From assembly GCF_009914755.1 (NCBI RefSeq), contig NC_060926.1: a stretch of DNA of 64,000 bases. The stretch is one strand, 5' to 3'. The notes under the pieces are model-generated. The model worked only from the letters and a program-made list of their open reading frames with translations, was not told the origin of the DNA and did no database searches. This stretch comes from the human T2T-CHM13v2.0 reference genome, Homo sapiens. Positions 15,366-29,288 of the stretch are shown here, piece by piece. The first letter of the stretch is position 1. The number at the start of each line of letters is the position of its first letter. A program made the translations under genes and the position numbers.

Positions 15366-17294
15366 TGAGAGGTGACAACGTGCTAGCAGCCCTTGCTCGC
15401 TCTCAGCACCTCCTCGGCCTTGGCATCCGCTCTGGCCACGCTTCAGGAGCCCTTCAGCCCGCTGCTGCATGGTGGGAGCCCCTCTCTGGGCTGGCCGTGG
15501 CCGGAGCTGGCACCCTCTGCTTGCAGGGAGGTGTGGAGGGAGAGGCGCGGGCGGGAACTGGGGCTGCACGTGGTGCTCATGGGCCAGCGCGAGTTCCGGG
15601 TGTGCGCGGGCTCAGCGGGCCCTGCACTCAGAGCTGCCGGCCAGTGCCGCTGGCCCCAGGCAGTGAGGGGCTTAGCACTGTGGCCAGCAGCTGTGGAGGG
15701 GGCGCTGGGTCCCCCAGCACTGCCGGCCGGCCTGCGCGGTGCTCGAATTCTCGCCTGGCCTCAGCCGCCTCCGGAGGGGCAGGGCTGGGGACCTTCAGCC
15801 CACCATGCCCAAGCCCCACCCCCCACCCCGGTCATGGGCTCCTGCACGGCCTGAGCCTCCCCAACAGACGCCAGCCCCCTGCTCCGTGGCGCCCGGTCCC
15901 ATAGACTGCCCAAGGGCTGAGGAGTGCAGGTGCAGAGCGTGGGACTGGTGAGCAACTCCGCCCCCAGCCCTGGCACGGATCCACTAGGTGAAGCCAGCTG
16001 GGCTCCTGAGTCAGGTGGGGACTTAGAGAACTTTTATGTCTAGCTGGAGGATTGTATATGCACCAGTCAGCACTCTGTGTCTAGCTCGGGGTTCATGGGT
16101 GCACCAATCAGCACTCTGTATCTAGCTCATCTGGTGGGGACTTGGAGAACCTTTTTTTTTTTTTCTGAGACGAAGTCTCACTTTTTCACCCAGGCTGGAG
16201 TGCAGTGGCACTATCTATGCTCACTGCAAGCTCCGCCTCCCCGGTTCATGCCATTCTTCTGTCTCAGCCTTCTGAGTAGCTGGGACTACAGGTGCCCGCC
16301 ACTGCGCCGCCTGGCTAATTTTTTTTGTATTTTTAGTAGAGATGGGGTTTCACCTTGTTATCCAGGATGGTCTCCATCTCCTGACCTCGTGATCCGCTAG
16401 CCTTGGCCTCCCAAAGTGCTGGGATTACAGGCGTGAGCCACTGCGTCGGGCCAAGACTTGGAGAACTTATATGTCTAGCTAAAGGATTGTAAATGCACCA
16501 ATAAGCACTCTGTGTCTAGCTCAAGGTTTGTAAACACACCAATCAGCACTCTGTGTCTAGCTCAAGGTTTGTAAATGCACCAATCAGCACCCTGTGTCTA
16601 GCTCAAGGTTTGTAAATGCACCAATCAGTGCTCTGTGTCTAGCTAATCTAGTGGGGACTTGGAGAACTTTTACCTCTAGCTGGAGGATTGTAAATACACC
16701 AATCAGCACTCTGTGTCTAGTTCAGTGATTGTAAATGCACCAATCAGCACCCTGTCAAAACGGACCAATAAGCTCTCTGCAAAATGGACCAATCAGCTTT
16801 CTGTAAAATGGGCCAATCAGCAGGATGTGGGTGGGGTCAGATAAGGGAATAAAAGCAGGCTGCCAGAGCCAGCAGCAGCAGCCGGCTTGGGTCCCCTTCA
16901 ACACTGTGGAAGATTTGTTGTTTTGCTCTTTGCAATAAATGTTGGTCCTGCTCACTCTTTAGATCCGCACTACCTTTATGAGCTGTAACACTCACCGTGA
17001 AGGTCTGCAGCTTCACTCCTGAGGCCAGCAAGGCCATGAACCCACAGGGAGGAATGAACAGCTCTAGACGCGCAGCCTTAAGAGCTGTAACACTCATCGT
17101 GAAGGTCTGCAGCTTCACTCGTGAAGCCAGGGAGACCATGAATCCACCAGAAAGAACAAACTCCGAATGTGTCTGAATATGAGAAGGAACAAACTCTGGA
17201 CACACCTTCTTTAAGAACTGTAACACCCACCGAGAGGGTGTGCGGCTTTATTCTTGAAGTCAGTGAGACCATGAACCCGCCAATTGTGGACACA
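15366..17294 (+). mobile_element. LTR12 (ERV9) solo LTR, LTR12C/E-like
   Basis: TGAGAGGTGAC start, GGACACA end, 4-bp TSD ccag, tandem caccaatcagcactctgtgtctagc repeats. Confidence 0.95.
16153..16452 (-). mobile_element. AluY inside LTR12
   Basis: Antisense dimer; TSD gacttggagaac. Confidence 0.95.
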
Positions 17295-17579
17295 CCAGCA
17301 CTATGGTAGGTTGAGGCAGGTGCATTGCTTGACCCCAGGAGTTCAAGACCAGTTTGGGCAACACCGTGAAACCCCATCTCTACTAAAAATACAAAAATAA
17401 GCCAGGTATGGTGGTGTGTGCCTGTAGTCCCAGCTATTCAGGGGGCTAAGGCGGGAGGATCACCTGAGCCCAGAAGGTCAAGGCTGCAGTGAGACATAAT
17501 TGTGCCACTGCACTGCAGCCTGGGCTACAGAAGGAGACCCTGTCTTGGGGCGGGGGGGGGGGGGGGGGGGGGAAGGACA

Positions 17580-17855
17580 CTACATGGCAGGGTCCGGGAT
17601 CCAATGAGACCAGACTCCAGCATCACCCCATGGCTGGATCCATCAGATCATGCCTGTGGGCATCACCTCATTGCAAGATCCAATTAGATCACACCTCATT
17701 ACCTCATGCTTATAAAACTCAACCCAGCCCTCAGCTCTCGGAGACAGATTTGAGCATTTCCTCTTATCACTTTGTCAGTATAGTCATAACAAACCTTTCT
17801 TGCTGCACAAGCCCGTGTTTTGGTGTTTGGCCATTGAGCGAGGGCAAATGATCTC
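17580..17855 (+). mobile_element. LTR47-like LTR fragment
   Basis: gatccaattagatcacacctcattac, TATA box, gagacagatttgagc. Confidence 0.5.
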
Positions 17856-17939
17856 AGTTTGGACACGTATGAGTGTGTCCACATACACATGTTAGCATCA
17901 ACTAAACTGTTCTGGATAACCTTGGGCCAGGTAAGGGTT

Positions 17940-18865
17940 CAGGCTAACTTGGCAGATTTTTTCATTAAAAGGCCAGATAGCAATATTTTAGGCTTTGCTG
18001 GCTACGGAAGGTATCTGTCACATATTTTTGTTGTTGTTGTTGTTGTTGTTTTTTACAACCCTTTAAAACTTGGATGAGCTTCAAAAGCATGCTAAGTGAA
18101 AGATACCATACACAAAAGGTGGCATATTGTGTGTTTCAATTTATATGATATATCCAGAATAGGCAAGTCCGTGGAGACAGCAGATTGGCGGTTGCCAGGA
18201 GCTAGGGGAGGAGGAAAGGAGCGACTGTTTAATGGGCATGATTACTCTTTTTGGGGTGATGAAATGTTTTGGAACTGGATAGGTGAGGTTGCACAACATT
18301 GTAAATGTACTAAATGAAATTATTTCACTTAAACATGGCATTGTTAAATTTAAAATGTTTCAGTTTCTGTGATATGAATTTCTGTTATGTGAATTTCAAT
18401 TTATTTATTTATTTATTTATTTTGAGACGGAGTCTTGCTCTTTCACCCAGGCTGGACTGCAGTGGCGCTACCTCGGCTCACTGCAAGCTCCACCTCCCGG
18501 GGTTCACGCCATTCTCCTGCCTCAGCCTCCTGAGTAGCTGGGACTACAGGTGCCCACCACCACGCCCGGCTAATTTTTTTTGTATTTTTAGTAGAGACGG
18601 GGTTTCACTTTGTTAGCAAGGATGGTCTCGATCTCCTGACGTCGTGATCCGCCCGCCTCAGCCTCCCAAAGTGCTGGGATTACAGGCGTGAGCCACAGCG
18701 CCCGGCCATGAATTTCAATATAAAATGGTTCAATTTCAGTTTTCTGAATTTCACCTCAAGGAAAACAAACAAATACCTTAAAGAACATTCTTAGCTCAAA
18801 AGCCTTAAAAAAACAGGCTAGAGGATGAACTTGGCTGCAGGGTCATCATTTGTGGGCTCTTGGGC
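17940..18865 (+). mobile_element. MER58 interrupted by an L1MB 3' fragment (about 18070-18760)
   Basis: aaaggccagatagcaatattttaggctttg ... cattcttagctc; L1MB motifs lie in between. Confidence 0.7.
18400..18707 (-). mobile_element. AluY
   Basis: Dimer; TSD tgaatttcaat. Confidence 0.95.
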
Positions 18866-19530
18866 TAAAGGAAGGGCTAATTTCTTTTGTCAGAAGTAAG
18901 GAGTATATAATGATAAGTTCTCTGGAGCATAAATTTTGTATTAGTCATATTTATTAATTCATTCCACAGAGCATTACCCAGGGGGACATATGCGGTGCCC
19001 TAGTTACAGCAGTGGGCAAGGCAGACATTTTGCCACCCTCATGGAGCTTAGTCCTTTACTTATTTTTACTTCCTCAGGATTCAGACAACAAGCAGAGGCC
19101 AATTTATGGGGCTGCATGACAGTTTATTGCATTTGAGCATTTTTCTAATTTGGGTTTCTTATAACAACAAAGGCCAATGTGTGTTTGTGGGTGAATGTTT
19201 TGCAACTAGACAGATGTGAAGGTTACCCAACATTGTGAATGTGCTGAATGGAATTGTTCTATTCAAACATGGCATTATTTGTTTTAAAATGCATTATGTG
19301 AGTTTGAAGTTATGTGAATTTCACCTCAACAAAAACAATGTAAAAAAACCATTCTCAGCTTGAAGGCCTTAATATCCTTATGGAGATATAATTCATATAA
19401 CCATACAACTCCTCCATGTAAAGTGTGCAATTCAATGGGTTTTGTATATTCATAGAGTTGTGCAACTATCACCATAATAAGTTTTGAAACATTTTTTTCT
19501 CCCTAAGAAAGCCCTGTGCCCTTGAGTTGT

Positions 19531-19878
19531 TGCTATGGACTGAATTCTATATCCCTCTCCCCATAATTTATATGCTGAAGCCCTAATCTCCAATGTAATG
19601 GTATTTGGAGGTGGGGCCTTTGGAAGATAATAGGTTTAGATGAAGTCAGGAGATTGGGACCCTCATGATAGGATTAGGGCCCTTATAATAAGAGACCCCA
19701 GAGAACTTGCTTGTTTTCTCTTCTCTCACCATAGAAGAAAGCCTCCACCAGATACAGGCACTATTGGTACCTTGATCTTAGACTTCCAGCGTCTTTAATT
19801 ATGAGAAAATAAATTTCTTTCATTTAAGTTACCTAGTATGTGGTATTTTGTTATGGTAGCCTGAACTGATTAAGACAG
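19531..19878 (+). mobile_element. MLT1A-like MaLR LTR
   Basis: tgctatggactgaat start, taagaca end. Confidence 0.8.
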
Positions 19879-20002
19879 CTATCATTCCCCTATGTGTCCT
19901 TCTCTGCCACCTCCCACCTCCTTCCCCCAGCCCCAGGCAACCACTAGTCAACTTTCTGTCCCTGTGGGTTCGCCTATTCCGGACATTTTACATACATGGA
20001 AT

Positions 20003-20384
20003 TGAGGCAGGAGAATAGGGGCTGGAGGCCGGGAACCTAAGGACTCCCTAGAACTAAATCAAACAGAAACACTTCAGTGATGAAAGGAAATATCCTCTTC
20101 ATTTACATAGGGCATACACTGAGTGACTTTGTAACTTCTCTTTAGTGTCTTCATTTACATAGCACATACTCCATTGGAACCCTCCAGAGGCTATTTAAAC
20201 CCCAGAAAATTCTGTAACGAGGCTCTTGAGCCCCTATGCTCGGACCACTTCCACCCTGTGGAGTGCACTTTCATTTTCAATAAATCTCTGCTTTTGTTGC
20301 TTCATTCTGTCCTTGCTTTGTTTGTACGTTTTGTCAATTCTTTGTTCAAGATGCCAAGATCCTGGACACCTTCCATTGGTAACA
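20003..20384 (+). mobile_element. ERV1 solo LTR (MER51/MER61-type)
   Basis: TGAGGCAGGAGAATAGGG...GGTAACA with 4-bp TSD gaat. Confidence 0.85.
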
Positions 20385-20487
20385 GAATCATACGATATGT
20401 AGCCTCTTTCACTTAGCATAATGTTTTCGAGGTTCATCTACACTGTAGCATGTATCAGTATAATCATTATATCATTTCTTCTTTCCT

Positions 20488-21090
20488 TTTTTTTTTTTTT
20501 TGAGACAGAGTATCGCTCTGTCGCCCAGGCTGGAGTGCAGTGGTGCAATCTCAGCTCACTGCAACCTCTGCCTCCAGGTTCACGCGATTCTCCTGCCTCA
20601 GCCTCCTGAGTAGCTGGGATTACAGGTGCGTGCCACCATGCCCGACTAATTTTTTGTATTTTTAGTAGAGATGGGGTTTCACTGTGTTAGCCAGGATGGT
20701 CTCGATCTCCTGACCTCGTGATCCACCCGCCTTGGCCCCTCAAAGTGCTGGGATTAGAGGCGTGAACCACCACGCCCGGTCCCCCAACCCCCCCTTCTTT
20801 TTTGAGACAGGGTCTCACTCTGTTGTTCAGGCTGGAGTGCCATGGTAAGATCATAGCTCACTGGAGCCTCCAACTCCTGTGCTCGAGCAGTCCTTCTCAG
20901 CCTCTCAAGCAGCTGGACGACAGGCGCATGCCACCATGCCTGGCTAATGAAATTTTTTTTTTTTTTTTTTTGTAGTGACAGGGTCTTGATTTCTTGCCTA
21001 GGCTAGTCTCCAACTCCTAGCTTCAAATAGTCTCCTCGTTTCAGCCTTCCAAAGTGCTGAGATTATAGGTATGAGCCACCATGCCCACCC
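20488..21090 (-). mobile_element. Two antisense Alus (AluS 20488-20781; AluJ 20797-21090)
   Basis: Two dimers. Confidence 0.9.
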
Positions 21091-21242
21091 AACATTTATT
21101 TTTATTGCGGAATAATACTTCAGAGTATGGTATTTATATAGCTGTAAGTTTTTGTGGCTACAGTTTGTGCTGGGTAGAGTTTGTCCCTGTTGTAGAAAAG
21201 GACAGTCCTGGTAGGTGGAATGTCTAGATAAGCCCATCCTAG

Positions 21243-21779
<537 letters not shown>

Positions 21780-22352
21780 TGAGAATAGCATGGGAAAGAC
21801 CAGCCCCCATGATTCAATTACCTTCCACTGGGTTCCTCCCACAACATGTGGGAATTCTGGGAGCTACAATTCAAGTTGAGATTTGAATGGGGACACAGCC
21901 AAACCATATCATTCCACACCTGGCCCCTCCAAATCTCATGTCCTCACATTTCAAAACCAATCATGCCTTACCAACAGTCTGCCAAAATCTTAACTCATTT
22001 CAGCATTAACCCGAAAGTCCACAGTCCAAAGTCTCATCTGAGACAAGGCAAGTCCCTTCCACCTACGAGCCTGTAAAATCAAAAGCAAGCTAGTTACTTC
22101 CTAGATACAATAGGGGCACAAGCGTTGGGTAAATACAGCCATTCCAAATGGGAGAAATTGGCCAAAACGAAGTAGTGACAGGGCTTATGCAAGTCCAAAA
22201 TCCAGTGGGGAAGTCCAATTCCAAAAATGATCTCCTTTGACTCCAGGTCTTACATCCAGTTCACGCTGATGCAAAATGTGGGTTCTCATGGTCTTGGGCA
22301 GCTCTGCCCCTGTGGCTTTGCAGGGTACTGCCTCCCTCCTGGCTTCTCCCTC

Positions 22353-22627
22353 CCACCTACCAGGACTGTCCTTTTCTACAACAGGCACAAACTCTAGCCA
22401 GCACAAATTGTAGCCACAAAAACTTACAGCTGTATAAATATCATACAATGAAACATTACTCCACAACAAAAAGAAATGACAGGTGGGCATGGTGGCTTAT
22501 ACCTGTAATCTCAGGACTTTGGGAGGCTGAGGTGAGGAGATTATTTGAAGCTAGGAGATGGAGACCAGCCTGGGGAAGAAATCAAGACCCTGTCTTTAAC
22601 AAAAAAAAAAAAAAAATTTTTTTTCAT
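22353..22627. repeat. Inverted copy of 20947-21218 inserted in THE1-int
   Basis: Reverse-complement match includes non-Alu sequence (ccacctaccaggactgtccttttctacaacagg...). Confidence 0.9.
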
Positions 22628-24339
22628 GGGCCGGCATTGAGTGCCTGTGGCTTTTCCAGGTGCATGGAGCAAGCTGTTGGTGGATCTACCATTCTGGGGT
22701 TTGGAAGATGATGGCCCTCTTCTCAAAGCTCCACTAGGCAGTGCCCCAGTAGGGACTCTGTGTGGGGGCTCTGACCCCACATTTCCCTTCTGCACTGCCC
22801 TAGAAGAGGTTCTTCATGAGGGCCCTGCCCCTGCAGCAAACTTTTGCCTGGGCATCCAGGCATTTCCATACATCTTCTGAAATCTAGGTGGAGGTTCCCA
22901 AACCTCAATTCTTGACTTCTGTGCACCTGCAGACTTAACCACATGGAAGCTGCCAAGGCTTGGGGCTTCCATCCTCTGAAGCTACAGCCCGAACTGTACA
23001 TTGGCCCCTTTCAGCCATGGCTGGAGTGGCTGGGACATGGGGCACCAAGTCCCTAGGCTGCATACAGCATGAGGACCCTGGGCCTGGCCCACAAAACCAC
23101 TTTTTCCTCCTGGGCCTCTGGGCCTGTGATGGTAGGGGCTGCTGTGAAGGTCTCTCACATACCCTGGAGACATTTTTCCCATGGTCTTGGGGATTAACAT
23201 TAGACTCCTTGCTACTTATGCAAATTTCTGCAGCTGGCTTGAATTTCCCCTCAAAAAATGGATTGTTCTTTTAACTGCATCATCAGGCTGCAAGTTTCCA
23301 AACTTTTATGATCTGTTTCCCTCTTAAAATGGAATGCTTTTAATAGTACCCAACTCACCTCTTGAATGCTTTTCTGCTTAGAAATTTCTTCTGCCAGATA
23401 CCTAAATCATGTCTCTCAAGTTCAAAGTTCCACAGATCTCTAGGGCAGGGGCAAAATGCTGCCAGTCTCTTTGCTAAAATGTAACAAGAGTCACTTTTGC
23501 TTCAGTTGCCAACAAGTTCCTTATCTCCATCTGAGACCACCTCAGCCTGGACCTTATTGTTCATATCACTATTAGCATTTTTGTCAAAGCCATTCAACAA
23601 ATCTCTGGGAAGTTCCAAACTTTCCCACATTTTCCTGTTTTCTTCTGAGCCCTCCAAACTGCGCCAACCTCTGCCTGTTACCCAGTTCCAAAGTTGCTTT
23701 CACATTTTTTGCATGTCTTTTCAGCAACACCCTGCTCCTGGTACTAATTTACTGTATTAGTCCGTTTTCATACTGCTGATAAAAGACATACCTGAGACTG
23801 GGAAGAAAAAGAGGTTTAATTGGACTTACAGTTCCACATGGCTGGGAGGCCTCAGAATCATGGCAGGAGGCAAAAGACACTTCTTACATGGTGGTGGCAA
23901 GAGAAAATGAGGAAGAAGCAAAAGTGGAAACCCCTGATAAACCCATCAGATCTCTTGAGACTTATTCATTATCATGAGAATATCATGGGAAAGGCTGGCC
24001 CCCATGATTCAATTACCTCCCCCAGGTCCCTCCCACAACACATGGGAATTCTGGGAGATACAATTCAAGTTGAGATTTGAATGGGGACACACCCAAACCA
24101 TAATAGAGGGAGCTGTTTTCCAGAACAGAGTCCTCTTTTCCTTTCTCTGGACCTTTAATTGTTGCTTCCTCTGTGGGCCTGCTCTGAATACTGTGAGGTC
24201 TGGGGCAGGAGTCCAAATGGAGGCCATTGTGCCATATGTGCAAATATGTAAAAGTTATAAATCAAGGCACCAAACTGTTATATAAGACATATTGTGTCCT
24301 CATCTTCACAATGATTAGAAGGCTTGTTTCAATTTAATT

Positions 24340-24670
<331 letters not shown>

Positions 24671-25298
24671 TAGAATTATTGGAATCCTTGGACGTCCCTG
24701 CCTCTATGCATCTGTGACTTTCCTTTTCCCATCTGAGCTCCATCTTGCTCTGCAAGAAACCTTCTGCAATGGTTCTCCCCACATCTCACATACATAACTG
24801 CTTTTTGGCCACTCTGGTCTCAGTATGAGGAGCCTGGGAAGAGCTTAGGCTCTGGAATCAGGCGTGGGGCTCTTTGGGCAGAAGATTCTGAGGTTCTGTA
24901 TATGTGGATCATGGTTCAGAAGAAGAAAATGTGGGATCCAGGGGAGTATGTCCACTGGGCTTGTAGACTCCTTGGTCTGTGGGGAGAGCCAGTAGCCAGA
25001 TGAAGGCCAGAGTGGGTTCCTCTAATGTGTGAGGTTCAGTTTTGCAGCCCTTGTTGCTTGAGACCAAAGGCAGTACTGTTTCTGTGGTTCCCAGGTAATG
25101 GAGACTTGATTTCCAGCAATCAGAAAAGCCTCACCAAGCTTGCTTATCCTTTCCTACCTGGAGTGAGACCCACACCGTCTCAAAGACAAGGTGAGAAACC
25201 ATTATATTTGCTTCACCGAGATGGATTTTAGAAAGCCTAAACCATCACTTAACCTCATTTGATCCAGAATATCCCCTCTGAGAAACACTGTGTGTGTG

Positions 25299-25497
25299 TG
25301 GTCTTGAACTCCTGGGCTCAAGTAATCCTCCGACACACATTGGTATGTCCATGCTAACTTAAAGGCTGAGCAGATGCCACCAAATCTTGATGTTCTTTTG
25401 TGTCTGCTTATTGCAGTTTCCAATTAGGTGCTCAGGATACTTTTGCCTTGCCCTCCCAAACTGCTGTGGTTATAGGCATGAGCCACTGTGCCTGGCC
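25299..25497 (-). mobile_element. Alu left-arm fragment interrupted by a 112-bp foreign insert
   Basis: ggtcttgaactcctgggctcaagtaatcctcc, then insert, then tgccttgccctcccaaa...cctggcc. Confidence 0.75.
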
Positions 25498-25509
25498 TAG
25501 AATTTTTAA

Positions 25510-26100
25510 CTGTATTCAGTAAGGACTATTTTAGTATCAAGTAACAGAAATTGTACTTAAACTGGACGAAAAAGAATACATATTTCTCTTTTCTCCAGAA
25601 AAGAGAAATACATATTGCCCACTTATCTAGAAAGTCAAGCAGTAGTGTTGCAGGCACAGCTTCACCAATAATATGGGGCCCAACGTCACCAATAATATGT
25701 CCCTCTCAATTCCCGATTCTGTTTCTCTTCATGTTGGCTTCATTTTTGGGCAAGTTCTCTCTTGTGGTGACAAAGAAGGCATCATGCAAGGTTAGCATCT
25801 TCAGGAAAAGCTCATCTTTCACAACAGTTATAATAAAAGGACCAGATTCAATTCTTTTTGAAACATCATGGGTCATGTGCCCCACCCTGAATCAGTCAAT
25901 GTGGCCAGGGAAATGGGATGCACCTATTGGCTAATTTGAATCACATGCTTCTCTTTAGAGACAGGAGGTTTGTGGGTATGAGGTCGACTCATCTAATCCT
26001 GTAACCTAAGTGTTGGGAAAGGGTTAGTTCCTTGAAAGACCAGGCACTGACTTCTAGAGGGTGGCTGGATGTTGGCCAGGCCAAAACAGTAGTTATCTCC
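25510..26100. mobile_element. Old MLT1 (K/L-like) fragment
   Basis: caagtaacagaaa and ggtcatgtgccccaccctgaatcagtca motifs. Confidence 0.5.
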
Positions 26101-26304
26101 TACAAGACTGCAAAATCTAATGGGCTTTAGAGTCTGCCTTTAAAAGTGGGGACAATAAAATGTGCCTTACCTTACTTCACAGGATCAAATTCAATCCCTC
26201 AAATGAATTCTAAAAATTATAAAGGATTTTACAAAGGCAAGGTAATGTTATGTTACCTTTCACAGGTGATTTAACTAAAGGAATATGTAGAAAGACATTA
26301 CTAG

Positions 26305-26649
<345 letters not shown>

Positions 26650-26656
26650 TTACCAT

Positions 26657-27373
26657 ATATTGACCGCAATGTAATTTTGAAGGAGTTTGGAGAATATTTC
26701 TTCGAGTTTTACAAAAGGTCAGACTCTGATCATATGCTGATGACCCTAACTAGAAATTTCTACAACTTTATAGAAAACTTGCATGCATTACATATGCATG
26801 CATAGTTAGATGCATATATAGTTCCTTAACTGCATTAGTCAGAGTTCTCCGGAGAAAGAGCACCAGTAATATACATATGGATATATATATATACATTTTT
26901 ATTTATTTTTTTTTTGTGAGACAGAGTCTCGCTCTGTCACCTAGGCATTGGTTCATGAGAAATTGGTTCATGCAATTATGGAGCCTGAGAAGTCCCACAA
27001 TCTGCCATCTGTAAATTGGAGACCCAGGAAAGCCAGTGGTACAATTCAGTCAGAAGGACGGAAAACAGGAGAAATAATTATGTAAATCACGTTCTGAGGG
27101 CCAAGAAGCTGAAATGAGGTGTCCGAGCTCAGCAGAGCAGGGCAAATTTCTCCTTTCTCCACTTTTTCTTTTATTTAGGCTCTCAATTGATCAGATGATG
27201 CCCATATACATGGGAAGAGCAGTCTACTTCAATGAGTCCACTGATTCAAATGCTAATTGCATCTGGAAATACCCTCCCAGATACACTCAAAAACAATGTC
27301 TAATCTGGGCACCCCATGGCCAGTCAAGTTGATACATAAAATTAACCATAACACCTGTCTTTGTCATATTTGG
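26657..27373 (+). pseudogene. sGC-beta-like pseudo-exon A (H-NOX, includes heme-ligand His), split by an MLT2 LTR
   Basis: 26657-26793 reads (D)IDRNVILKEFGEYFFEFYKRSDSDHMLMTLTRNFYNFIENLHALH vs GUCY1B2 [46 protein letters not shown] (ungapped, about 27/46 identical by eye). Acceptor decayed (ttctttatcttaccAT). After the LTR, 27355-27372 reads LSLSYL (cf. LALSYQ), then g/GTGATC. Confidence 0.92.
26831..27353. mobile_element. MLT2B-like ERV-L LTR containing a short Alu fragment (about 26900-26945)
   Basis: tg(c)attagtcagagttctcc start and cagtcaagttgatacataaaattaaccataaca end. Confidence 0.85.
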
Positions 27374-27679
27374 GTGATCAGCCAGCCAAGAAATGACATA
27401 TTTTGAGAGCTTTCAGAGTTGCAGAGTCACTAGAGGGTTAATGGTAATGCAAATACCTTAGCTTTCACATCCTGTCTTTGATAAGAGTTTACGTTTTCAG
27501 CAAATAATCTGTGAAGTGGCTAATTTGCTGGGGGATAATGAGAATAGATAGTTACTCTGAAAATTGCTCTTACGCAATTCTACTTACTTTTTAATGGTGT
27601 CTCTTTTCTTTGTAAGAAGTGCCATATTTTGGGACAACATGGGGAATTTAATCATTAAGTTAAACAATAAACCCTTTAA

Positions 27680-27975
<296 letters not shown>

Positions 27976-28444
27976 AAACTACCTTAACTTCTAAGAGAGT
28001 CAACAATTCTATTAGTTGAATTATACGTAAGTAAATAAAACCTTGAAACAATGGAAAAACCCTTATACAAAAGGCAAACAATTAGAAAAGACTCAGTACC
28101 CTGGGGCCTAAGTAATATAATTAAAAGCAGGATTTTAAAAAATAAGTTTCTTTCTAAAAGCAGAGAAAGCACCAAGGTGATTGCTTTGTTTCCCACAGCT
28201 TTCAGACCCTGAGTGCATTGGTAAGGTTTTCCTAATTGCTATATTTCTTATATTTTGTAAAATAAAGAAAACACAGATCATTTATCTTTCTAGTATACAA
28301 GAACCATTTTGAAAGGGCCATTTCTCTTGTTTAAATGATAATTATATGTCATAACCTATAGTAAAGGTAGAAAGGAGGCTCACACTCCCAGTGTTTCAGG
28401 AGACAATGGAATAAAACTAGTTAAGATGTCATTGTTAAGACATA

Positions 28445-28780
28445 ATAGTAATCAGTTAAGATGAGGTCATACTAAAGTAGGGTAGGCCTCTAATCCAACA
28501 TGATTGTTGTCCTTACAAAAGGGGGAATTTGGACACGGACAGTCTCATGGGGAGAACACCATGTGAAGATGAAGGCAGAAATCTACAAACCAAGGAGTGT
28601 CAAAGACTGCTAGCAAACCACCCAAAGCTCGGAGAGAGGCATGGAACAGATTCTCCCTCACAGCCCCCAGCAAGAACCAACCCTGGCAACCTCTTGATCT
28701 CAGACTTGTAGTTCTAGAATTGTGAGATAATAAATTTAGTTTGTGGTACTTTGTTATGTCAGCCTGAACAAAGTAATTAT
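28445..28780 (+). mobile_element. MLT1B/C-like LTR
   Basis: gttaagatgaggtcatact, gaacagattctccctcacagccc. Confidence 0.8.
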
Positions 28781-28977
28781 GGTCCTCATTTTATAAGTGA
28801 AGATTCTGAGGCTCATAAAGATAAACTTGTCTGACGTCAAGCAGCCAGGACAGAGCTGGGGCTGGACTCAGGTTACTCCAAACATTGTGTTTTAAACCCC
28901 TGCATCGTTTTCCAAAACTGATCCAAGGACCTCTTGCATAAAAATCACCCGGGATGCTTATTAAAAATGCAGATTCA

Positions 28978-29288
28978 GGCCGGGTGCGGTGGCTCTTGCA
29001 TGTAATCCCAGCGCTTTGGGAGGCCGAGATGGGTGGATCACCTGAAGTCAGTAGTTCGAGACCAGCCTGGTCAACATGGTGAAACCCTGTCTCTACTAAG
29101 AATACAAAAATTAGCCCGGCGTGGTGGCACATGCCTGTAATCCCAGCTGCAAGGGAAACTGAAGCAGAAGAATTGCTTGAACCCACGAGGCAGAGGTTGC
29201 AGTGGGCCGGGATCACACCACTGCATTCCAGTATGGGCAACAGAGCGAGACTTCATCTCAGGGGAAAAAAAAAAAAAAGAAAAAAAAA
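28978..29288 (+). mobile_element. AluS
   Basis: Dimer with A-tail. Confidence 0.95.

Larger units (their letters stand above)
15331..17545 (+). mobile_element. AluJ-like element split by LTR12 (Alu parts 15331-15365 and 17295-17545)
   Basis: Alu 5' end ...taatcccag, then LTR, then ccagcact... resumes the Alu. Confidence 0.9.
19380..20460 (-). mobile_element. L1MB 3' fragment interrupted by MLT1A and an ERV1 LTR
   Basis: Antisense L1M 3'UTR motifs on both sides of the inserts. Confidence 0.7.

Noticed and set aside
15308-15976. GC-rich region with a 198-aa ORF resembling a CpG-island first exon
   Set aside because: It lies within the LTR12 U3 region.
16480-16760. Regular repeats of about 41 bp resembling a CRISPR array
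   Set aside because: These are the LTR12 enhancer repeats, with no unique spacers, in eukaryotic DNA.
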